In this document: positions 15,101 through 26,100 of the stretch, piece after piece
Numbering within the stretch: position 1 is the first letter of the stretch
Layout: the number at the start of each line of letters is the position of its first letter
DNA from: Auanema rhodensis
Taxonomy: Eukaryota > Animalia > Nematoda
Direction of reading: 5' to 3'
Assembly: GCA_964057225.1 (NCBI GenBank)
Contig: OZ059895.1
Coordinates: forward strand, 19,034,001-19,098,000
Length of the DNA stretch: 64,000 nucleotides
Position numbers and translations under genes: made by a program
Notes under the pieces: generated by a model
Seen by the model: the letters and a program-made list of their open reading frames with translations, nothing else
What the model was told of the DNA's origin: nothing
Databases searched by the model: none

Positions 15101-16993
15101 AAATAAAAATAATCTGTGGTTTGGTATTCAGATGTGTAGAATCTGAAATTCCTAGTGAGATTCGGCTAGGACTTCTCTTTATTCCGGAAAAGAGGTTTAT
15201 ATCGTGCCCATCCATAAGATTTGTTCACAAAAAGTTCAGGCTCTATTCAAGTTGTGCCCGGTGAATGTCCCTTTTTCTCAAAAATCTTCAACTAAAATCA
15301 AATTAAAATAATCTGTGGTTGGGTATTCAGATGTGTAGAATCTGAAATTCCTAGTGAGATTCGGCTAGGACTTCTCTTTATTCCGGAAAAGAGGTTTATA
15401 TCGTGCCCATCCATAAGATTTGTTCACAAAAAGTTCAGGCTCTATTCAAGTTGTGCCCGGTGAATGTCCCTTTTTCTCAAAAATCATCAACTAAAATCAA
15501 ATTAAAATAATCTGTGGTTGGGTATTCAGATGTGTAGAATCTGAAATTCCTAGTGAGATTTGGCTAGGATTTCTCCTTATTCCGGAAAACAGGTTTATAT
15601 CGTGCCCATCCATAAAATTTGTTCACAAAAAGTTCAGGCTCTATTCACGTTGTGCCTGGTGAATGTCCCTTTTTCTCAAAAATCATCAACTAAAATCAAA
15701 TAAAAATAATCTGTGGTTGGGTATTCAGATGTGTAGAATCTGAAATTCCTAGTGAGATTTGGATGGGACTTCTCTTTTTTCCGGAAAAGAGGTTTATATC
15801 GTGCCCATCCATAAGATTTGTTCACAAAAAGTTCAGGCTCTATTCAAGTTGTGCCCGGTGAATGTCCCTTTTTCTCAAAAATCATCAACTAAAATCAAAT
15901 TAAAATAATCTGTGGTTGGGTATTCAGATGTGTAGAATCTGAAATTCCTAGTGAGATTTGGCTAGGATTTCTCCTTATTCCGGAAAACAGGTTTATATCG
16001 TGCCCATCCATAAGATTTGTTCACAAAAAGTTCAGGCTCTATTCACGTTGTGCCTGGTGAATGTCCCTTTTTCTCAAAAATCATCAACTAAAATCAAATA
16101 AAAATAATCTGTGGTTGGGTATTCAGATGTGTAGAATCTGAAATTCCTAGTGAGATTCGGATGGGACTTCTCTTTTTTCCGGAAAAGAGGTTTATATCGT
16201 GCCCATCCATAAGATTTGTTCACAAAAAGTTCAGGCTCTATTCAAGTTGTGCCCGGTGAATGTCCCTTTTTCTCAAAAATCATCAACTAAAATCAAATTA
16301 AAATAATCTGAGGTTGGGTTTTCAGATGTGTAGAATCTGAAATTCCTAGTGAGATTTGGCTAGGATTTCTCCTTATTCCGGAAAACAGGTTTATATCGTG
16401 CCCATCCATAAGATTTGTTCACAAAAAGTTCAGGCTCTATTCAAGTTGTGCCCGGTGAATGTCCCTTTTTCTCAAAAATCATCAACTAAAATCAAATTAA
16501 AATAATCTGAGGTTGTGCATTCAGATGTGTAGAATCTGAAATTCCTAGTGAGATTTGGCTAGGATTTCTCCTTATTCCGGAAAACAGGTTTATATCGTGC
16601 TCATCTATAAGATTTGTTCACAAAAAGTTCAGGCTCTATTCACGTTGTGCCCGGTGATTGTCCCTTTTTCTCAAAAATCATCAACTAAAATCAAATTAAA
16701 ATAATCTGAGGTTGGGTATTCAGATGTGCAGAATCTGAAATTCCTAGTGAGATTTGGCTAGGACTTCTCTTTATTCCGGAAAACAGGTTTATATCGTGCT
16801 CATCCATAAGATTTGTTCACAAAAAGTTCAGGCTCTATTCAAGTTGTGCCCGGTGAATGTCCCTTTTTCTCAAAAATCATCAACTAAAATCAAATAAAAA
16901 TAATCTGAGTTTGGGCATTCAGATGGGTAAAATCTGAAATTCCTAGTGAGATTTGGCTAGGACTTCTCCTTATTCCGGAAAATAGGTTTATAT
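129..16993. repeat. 199-bp tandem satellite array, ~85 copies
   Basis: The GCCTGGTGAATGTCCC landmark recurs at 132, 331, 530 and onward (period 199). Copies differ almost only by substitutions. 16865 bp / 199 = ~84.7 units. Confidence 0.99.
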
Positions 16994-17218
16994 TCCTTAC
17001 CATTATCAGTTTGTATCTTTTTTGGTGTTCTTTTACTTTTTGTAAAGATAGATTCCAAAGCTTCTGCAGTTTCTTTACCTGTCTTACTTTTTAATGGTAC
17101 TACCCATGCAAACTTAGTGAGACAATCTATAATTGTTAAAAGATTTCTATAGCCTTTGTTTTCTTCCGCGTAGGGAATCTTTTCTACGAGATCTGATTGC
17201 CGCTTCTTCCTAACTATG
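16994..17218 (-). mobile_element. Truncated Maverick/Polinton-type (retroviral-like DDE) integrase fragment
   Basis: Translation QSDLVE..YAEENKGYRNLLTIIDCLTKFAWVVPLKSKTGKETAEALESIFTKSKRTPKKIQTDNGKEY matches the Maverick integrase pattern WQADL..NKGY.Y.LT.ID.FSK.AW..PLK.K..QTDNG.EF. The first two catalytic Asp are present. The part carrying the Glu is replaced by satellite. Confidence 0.88.
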
Positions 17219-17280
17219 ACCAAGCGCAATCACACACGCAAACGCGTTGGTCCAGAGTGGATGAGAGTGGCGTGTGACCA

Positions 17281-17290
17281 GAGACGCAGA
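17281..17290 (+). promoter_or_regulatory. GAGACGCAGA motif (common nematode promoter / EOR-1-type motif) upstream of the protease gene
   Basis: Exact GAGACGCAGA ~340 bp upstream of the ATG at 17627; function is inferred. Confidence 0.35.
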
Positions 17291-17626
17291 GAAAGCGAGA
17301 AACATCGCATTATTCCATTAACTTGCTTAAATAGAAAAGAGACCTCTTTTTTCAGGAAAAAATCATTTTTATTTTCTCCCGCTGTCTGCTCCCAAATTGT
17401 TGGGTTCCTCTTATGGTGAAATTTTGTTTTTTGTTGTCATAAAATTCATGTTCTCTTACTTAATTTTTAGTATTACTCCATTTAGGAGCAATAATTCTAT
17501 TAAGTTGCGGTGCAATCTAACTGTGCTAGTTTTTTTCCGGAAATGGACGCTTTTCCTTTGTGTTAGTTAGTTTGTAGAGTTTGTGTAAGCAATTAATTCT
17601 TTATTTTCCGATTCTCATCTTACAAA

Positions 17627-18898
17627 ATGTCTGGTACAGTCACGATAAAGATGCACGACAAAGAAGTTGAATTTGATTTAACTGACAATAAGATCACCTT
17701 CATCTCCATCAAATCAGCCTGCCTTCTTCCCAATGAGGCGATTGTTTCTTTGTCATACGAACTCAATGGCCGCCGAAAATTTTGCCAGTAAGTCACATTT
17801 CTGATTTTAAAATATTTTATCTGATTTAATTTCTATTTCAATTAATTTAGGAGCCAAGTGGTCCCCGAACCGTGTTTTGTGCTTCCCGCTGGCTGGCCGA
17901 CCATGCAGTTCAATGTTGAATCCGATCGAGTACCATCACGACCATCAACGCCTGCTGATCAATGTATTTTCTAAGTATTTTAACACCTTTTATTCATTTT
18001 TTTTTACATTTTAGGATTTATTTTAAACATTGTCAATTTATTTATCAATTTTAGGCGCTACACAACCGAAGAAGCAGAAAATTGATTTTGAACAGTTCCC
18101 TGTTGATGGGGATTTGGCCGCTTCTATTGGACAATATGCTCTGTTTTACAATGTGAAAAGCGACGACTACAAAAGATGCGCGATCCCGTTGAGCACGAAA
18201 CTCGCAGCAACATTTCAACATGGCGAGAACAAAAAGATCAAAATAGGTGTGTTAGTAATGGGTTTATTTTAATTGGATATTTTTAGATGATGAAATTGTA
18301 ATTCGCTCGTGGTCGGATGAGAAGTTTAATGTAAAAACTCGTGTTGTGAGAATCATTGAAGAACTCGATGTGATCATCTTGAAATCGGACGAAAAAGATT
18401 TGTGTAATCAAAGTTTGCCTTTGAGTCCAGTTCCGCCTCAAAAAGGAATGGAATATCTGATGGTAATTTTTTATCAAATGAAATTTTTTCTAAATTACCC
18501 TTAAAAACACTTTTTTTAAGATGGGATATTCGATTCTTCACAACAAGACAAGCCATCTTTCACTGTCTACCGGAATCATCGCTAGTGATGTGAAGCGAAG
18601 ATTTCGATATACGGGATCGAGTGGCTCATTCAAAGGAGATAGTGGTGCCGGATGTTGGAACAAAAAGGGGCAATTAATAGGAATGCAAGTCGAGGTAGAA
18701 AAGATGGGGCACACAAAAGATGACAAAGGACGACCTGCATCTCCTACATGCAGAGGTCGTTGTTGTATCGTCGCAGTCTATGATGTTCTCGTGGCGATTC
18801 GGGTAATATTAATTGTTATTTTCACTCAAACAATTTTTGGATTTTAGGATTTGTTGCCACCGGCCGACTCTGATGATGAATATGAATTGAACGAATGA
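17627..18898 (+). CDS. Intracellular trypsin-like serine protease, WOSP-like (Maverick cargo type), 324 aa, 6 exons
   Basis: Exons 17627-17787, 17851-17963, 18055-18246, 18287-18462, 18521-18802, 18848-18898 splice GT-AG in frame (975 nt). Catalytic triad: His in LAATFQH (18219), Asp in ELDVIIL (18367), Ser in FKGDSGAGCW (18641). No signal peptide; basic PKKQK motif. The WOSP assignment is inferred from fold and Maverick context. Confidence 0.88.
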
Positions 18899-19180
18899 AT
18901 TTCTTGATCTTCTTTATCGGTTGTTTCTCGCTGCTCATAAAATTTCTTTTTGTCTAAAAATTATTTTCTTTTTGTATTAAAACATTTTTCTCGGGTCACA
19001 AAATATTCTTTTGGAGGAAGGAAGGCTTTTTGAAGAAAGAAGCCGAGGTTTTTCAAGTTTACTATATTTGGTTCCGTAATACTTGATTTATTTCAGTTAA
19101 TTATACGTTTTAGTGAAATTATACTAGAAAATACAATAGTCTAACATATCAGAAAATATTTAGTACTGTCAAGTACAATT

Positions 19181-19207
19181 CTAGGCTTAATCGTATGCAC
19201 TGCCTAT
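19181..19207. other. Telomere-like inverted motif TAGGC-N15-GCCTA (candidate sequence-for-elimination / telomere addition site)
   Basis: cTAGGCttaatcgtatgcactGCCTAt. The left arm TAGGCTTA is an 8-nt match to the nematode (TTAGGC)n telomere. It lies near the transition from repeat/mobile DNA to unique DNA. Confidence 0.35.
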
Positions 19208-19643
19208 AGTTTCTTTCAAAAACATTATCATTAAAGAACTTTTTAAGCATAAAATTTATTAAACAAATTCACACAAGCGCGCTAAATTAGAATAAAGGAG
19301 GAGTGGGTTAGGCATTTGTTAATAATTATTATGTTGATTCTATCATTAAATTATAATTAATTATCTTAATCTTTATATGTTTCAAATTATTCAAATGTTT
19401 ATTAATGATTTCCAGTTTAAAATAAATGAAAAACAATTATTCAGTTAACAATATTTATTATATAAAATTATTTTATATTTTTAAACAGTATAAAAAAGTA
19501 TAAAACAATATAATAATTTTAAAAATATAATATAATTGATTAAAATCTGAATTAAAACATTTATTTTACATAATTTTCTTTCATTTCTCGTAATTTTCAA
19601 ATCGTGTACAGCCGGTTTTTGTTTTTGAAATTTTCAAAATCTT

Positions 19644-19714
19644 ACGTAAACGTGGTTTACGTGGTCTGTCCGTCAAAGGGTATATAAGCAAATTTTTTTC
19701 AGTTGACAATCATT
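19644..19714 (+). promoter_or_regulatory. Pol II core promoter: upstream palindrome, TATA box and initiator
   Basis: ACGTAAAC-gtg-GTTTACGT inverted repeat (19644-19662), GTATATAAG TATA (19680-19688) and TCATT Inr (19710-19714). The Inr A is 31 nt after the first T of the TATA. Confidence 0.7.
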
Positions 19715-20915
19715 TCTCCGACTGTCGCCGTCCGAATAGGTCGACAGCTTCTGAGCTCTTCAGACTGCAGTCCTGTGTCAGCTCTGAAGTACTCGCGGAA
19801 AAACAAAAGAATGAGCAAGGTAATTTATTATTTAACTTGAAGCTTTCATTTATAAGCTTATTCTCAGAAATTCCATAAGATCAACTGAAAAAATAACTTC
19901 TATATGATAGTTCTGCAGAAGGAAGACTGCAACAGCTGGCATTACGGTCAACAGCTCCTGCTCTTTTCAAACTTCGAAGTACTGGGGAAAAAACATGGTA
20001 TGGAATTAAAAAAAACATGATATATTCGTAGTCTTGAAATTTACAGAACTCGGAACTACGGATATCCTGAACTATAAGCTTTCTGGACAAAGGATCATAT
20101 TTTTCGGACTTCTTGGGTCCCTCCTGGAGTCTTTCGATTCTTACGCAGATCTTCTTCGACTCTTTGGTTGGGTTGTTCCTCGGCTCCTCCTCGGCTCTTC
20201 GGTTGTTCCTGGACCATTCGGTTCCTCCTGGACCATTCAGTTCCTCCTGGACCATTCGGTTCCTCCTGGACTCTTCGGTTTTTCCTCGATTGTCTCTGCG
20301 CTCTCCCTCGGCTCTTCCTCGATTGTTCCTCTGCTCTCCCTCGGCTTTTTGGTTACTCCTGGACTCAAATCTTCTTCGACTCTTCGGATCTTCCTCTTGT
20401 TCCTCGTCTATCGTTTCTTCCTCTGCTTCTTCTTGGTTCTTCCTAGGCTCTTCGGCTCTTCGGCTCTTCCTCGATTGTTCCTCGGCTCTTCGGTTCTTCC
20501 TAGGCTCCTCGCCTCTTCGATTCTTCCTAGGCTCTTCGGTTCCTCCTGGACTCTTCGGTTCTTCCTCGGCTCTTCGGTTCTTACTCAGCTTCTCCTCAGT
20601 TCTTCGGTTCTTCATCGGTTTTTCGGTTCCACCTGGACTCTTCGGGTCTTCCTAGGCTTCTCGGTTCTTGCTAGGCTTCTCGGTTCTTGCTCGGTTGTTC
20701 CTCGGTTCCTTCTCAGATCTGCTTCTACTCTTCCGTTCTTTCTCTGCTTCTTCTCCGTTCTTCCTCGGCTCTTCGGTCCTTCTTCGGCTCCTCCTGGAAT
20801 CTTCGGTTTCTTATCAGATTTTCTTTGGCTCTTCGATTCTAAAAATTTGTATTTTTCTTGTTCAGTCACAGAAATGTCTTGCCAAAAATGTTTTATTCAA
20901 TATAATCATAGCTAA
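19712..20915 (+). ncRNA. Putative spliced transcript (lncRNA or nonsense-interrupted orphan gene) ending in a pyrimidine-rich minisatellite
   Basis: TATA/Inr followed by two typical-size introns, 19820-19867 (48 nt, GTAATT..TTCTCAG) and 19998-20046 (49 nt, GTATGG..TTACAG). The first ATG (19811) gives only MSKKFHKIN-stop. The 3' end is uncertain. Confidence 0.5.
20100..20835. repeat. Degenerate pyrimidine-rich minisatellite (~16-19-nt units, e.g. GGACCATTCGGTTCCTCCT, TTCCTCGGCTCTTCGG)
   Basis: Consecutive 19-nt units visible at ~20211-20270; strong C/T versus G/A strand asymmetry. Confidence 0.9.
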
Positions 20916-20951
20916 TAGGAAATTTACAACCAGTTTAAGTTTAAAGAATGT

Positions 20952-22326
<1,375 letters not shown>

Positions 22327-22750
22327 AGTAAAAGTGTACTATGAAGATAATATGAGTTAGAGGAACGACTTTCTCTTCTCTCATAAAGCTTCTCCAATCT
22401 TCTTCTTCCTATCATACCGATATTACAACGTCATCGCGTCGAATAGGAATCAGCTGTTCTTCCTGCGAATCATCTATCTCTGTCATATGCAGCTATCTCG
22501 TGTTATTTTTTCATTTTGGTCAATATGCATACAGAATTTTGGATAAAGTATATACTTATTGTAAGAAAAGATTCAAGCTATTATTCTTTTATTTTTTTTT
22601 TCAAAAACTATTCGGTATAATTTATATATTTTATTGTAATAAAATAAAATGTTCAATCAATTATTTTTAAATTACATTGAACCATTATGCTTTCCGTTTA
22701 CAGATCCTTTGTGTTATTATTTTATATGTGGCATAGTTAAAATATATATA

Positions 22751-23160
22751 CAGTCATGTGCGATGAAAGTCGGACACCCACTAGAAACCCTTATATCTGA
22801 CAAGACAAACTACAAAAATTCAGAAAAAATATATTTTGAGTGTTAAAAAACGAAAATGAATTCAGAAAAAATTAAAAAATTTTAAAAATCATGTTTAAAA
22901 GTAATTTCTAAAGTCTCCGAAATTTTCATAAACTGCTTGAAGTCTTTTTCCATGAATTTCATAAGTTTCATCAAAACTTCGAACTTAATCTTCTGATAGA
23001 ATGTTAGGAGTACCCTAAACGTCAATTTTTCTTTTAAACGGGAGAATTTGGTTGTACGTCAACCAAGTTCTCTTCATAGATATTCAGTAAGATTCAGATG
23101 CTGAAGATTACTTGTTTGAAGCTATGCCATAGGAAAAACATAGTTATTGATCGAGTTTTG
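22751..23160 (-). mobile_element. Degenerate Tc1/mariner (Tc1-like) transposon relic: transposase C-terminus and one terminus
   Basis: TA|CAGTCATGTGCGATGAAAGTCGGACAC resembles a Tc1-type terminus after a TA target. The minus strand gives decayed LQHLNLTEYL*RELG*R (cf. SPDLNPIENLW..L) and LMKLMKFME..LQAVYENFG (cf. L..LV.SMP.RL.AVI...G). Confidence 0.65.
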
Positions 23161-26100
23161 TGCTGAGAATGATTTTAAAATATTTTTAATGAATTAACAT
23201 GTTCCTAATCGCAAATTTTGTTAAATCAAAAGAGATTATTCAAAATAGTCAAAAAACACTATTTTTCGTTATAAATTTAGAAAAAAATATTAGTTTTAAT
23301 AGTTTTAGTTATATTAACATATATTTTCACTGACTATATACTATATGAACTCGTAAAATTTTTGAAATTAAAAAAAATTTATAAAATATAATACATACAT
23401 AAATATATGTATGTATTATATTATATGTAATAGTTAGTGAGTGTTTCATGTGTTTATATGTAATAACGAATGTATCAAAATCCAATATGAAAAACGATAC
23501 TTCAACTATTTCTTATCTTTATGTAATAAAATATTTTAGAGTTACGTGTGTATCTTTTATTGTAACATTTTTGAATAAAAACAACCTTGTACCTCTACAG
23601 TTACTCTAATTTCTTATTTCATATGTATGCACCTTCATCATGTTTAACTATCATAATTATACAATTCTAATTATACATCTGATTGTTTCATATAATTACC
23701 GTATCAAATAGTTTCCGATAATATTTATGTGATTTCCAATGGGATTTCAGGATTGGTACTGCAAGTCGGCATCTATTCATGTATTGTTCGCAATATATAT
23801 ATATTTTTGTATTTAACTATCTAGATATATATTTATATATTATATAAATTAAGATAAAATATTTCAATGTATGACTTGTAACTTATAATTCTCCCCTACA
23901 TTACAATTGCCATTTTACTGCAAAATGAATATGAAATACTAATTTTAGCCATATTACTGTAATAAGCTTATATAAGCTTTTTAAATAAAATTAAAAGAAC
24001 AATAAGAATTTCAATATTTTGTTATTAGAAGAAAATCAGCATTCGAATGAAGAAATTAAATTAAATTTCTTAGATCGATTCTTAAATCTTCTCGAACAAA
24101 AGATATTTCGAGTGAGCAGATGAAGTACGTATACGGTAATCAAAGAAATGGGACAAAAAAAATAAGAAAATAAGATGAGATTTAAATAAATTTTCAATAC
24201 AGTATCTTAATTTATAAAATAAATTATATGATTCAACAATTAATTCAATTTATTTTGTAATTATATCCACAGTCGAGACACATACAAATCTTCAAATTGG
24301 TTGCTTATTAGGTAGCAGCTTTCCTCTTTAAGTAACTAACTAGCCAGACTAATACTACAAGTACTAACCATATTATAATTTTATAAATATTACAAATAAT
24401 TAAGTTAGTTATGTTTTAGCTGTTTTCAACATTAAAAAAATTAATCACATTACCTACAGTAACAAGAATTAGAAATCCTTTAATTTCTTTCATTAATTAT
24501 GGATTTTTATAATTATGTCTTAACACATAGTATTTATAAAATATATTTTTTATAATAAAATAAAGAATACATAATCAATAATCAAACTAGTGGTATATAC
24601 ATATACTATATATTCCTTTCTCGGTTTTCTTATTCAATTCCTAATTCAACCCCCCCATTGCGATGAATTATATTTTTCAAAGAAAAATTTGAGCGGGAAT
24701 TCAATTATAAAACGACCTTAAAAGGACATTAATTAGTAATATTTGATCGTACTCTTTTTATTTTCAGAATTCTTAACCTCTTCTCATCAAAATTTATTGA
24801 TATAGTTAATTTTTCATTTGATTTAATATAAAGACTTTTCAATAATAATTTTTTAATCATCCAATCAAGTACAGTATCATACTATACTCATGTTCGCTCT
24901 TCTTGTTTTCAAACTTTTCAAGAACAAAATTGAGATATAGAGAGTGAAATAGATATAGAAAGATATCAACTTAACAAGAGATCTTAACCAAGAATGAGAG
25001 ATTAGCAAAGTATTAGATGGAGAACTATTATTTTTAAAATTATAAAACTCTATTTTCATTAAACGTATTCTTAAATTTGCATAAAATACTGAATGTCTCT
25101 TCTATTATGGTTATCGCCCATATTTTCTAGTTTGTCAGCATTTTTTATATAAATCAAGTTTGTTTTTTTTTCATTAAAATACAATTTTTACTTTTTTTTT
25201 AAATTTCTATTTTGGGAGAGAAATAAGACAAAATATAATGAGAAATATAATAAAAATTTAGAACAGCTGCATCAATAATATGAAAAGAGATTGTGTTCTT
25301 CTATTTATAAACAAATAGTATCCTATTGTTTCTTTAATCACAGACAATTTCCTTCAATCCGTTCGTACAGTTTTGTTGGGACAGTAAGCCTGTGTGTATG
25401 TGTGTAAAATGCCTGAGGGCAAATTTAGATCATTGACTTTATCTTATTCCCTTTACAGATACACATATACATACACATAGATATCACTATACTCATCATG
25501 GTGCTGAAATATCTATTGCACTACTGAGCTATCAAGCTATTTATGGAAAATAATTGTGATTTGTATGCTTTAGTCCGCTAAATTTTGTTGATTTTTCCTC
25601 GCTGCAGCATCATAGGCTAATAGAACTATGAGATATATCATATGAACATTGTTCATTAGTTCTTACGGATTTTCCGTAGTATTAAACATAACCTTCAGCG
25701 TGCATCCATAGTTTTCATGTTTTTCTACAAACAATATATTAACTGTTTAATAGCTTTTCAGATGTTTAGACTTAAATAGCTTATAACATATATTTTATTG
25801 ATTTTTTTCGAAATTTTCACTCCATTTCAACACACTTGTACAGTTTTGCGATTTGAGGTAAGCCTGCACTTAATCATCAGGCAATGAAGTAGAAACAACA
25901 GATTGAAAAATTCACATTTTCCTGTTAAAACCCAATTGAAGCGATAAATAATAAGAGTTCTTCTCATATTTCTTTCCAAATCAAGGAATATCGTTCGAAT
26001 CTTCTATGTTAGTTTCCTTCTTCTCTTTTCCGTTTCGTGATCGGCTGCGTGACTTGGAAGGCGTTTTGTGTGCACTTCTAGCTCACCATCTTCTTTCAAA

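Noticed and set aside
129-16993. CRISPR-like array or coding tandem repeat (ORF 1306-1497)
   Set aside because: There are no unique spacers and the context is eukaryotic. The 199-bp period is not a multiple of three, and the ORF arises from a single point variant removing a stop.
19881-20869. Minus-strand E/R/K-rich protein (ORFs 19881-20615 and 20612-20869)
   Set aside because: The purine-rich repeat lacks stops by composition, the frame shifts between the two ORFs, repeat units are 16-19 nt, and promoter and splice signals point to the + strand.
25861-25882. GCCTG-N11-CAGGC palindrome as a second elimination motif
   Set aside because: The arms are in the opposite order (GCC..GGC), the telomere match is weaker, and it lies inside unique intergenic DNA.
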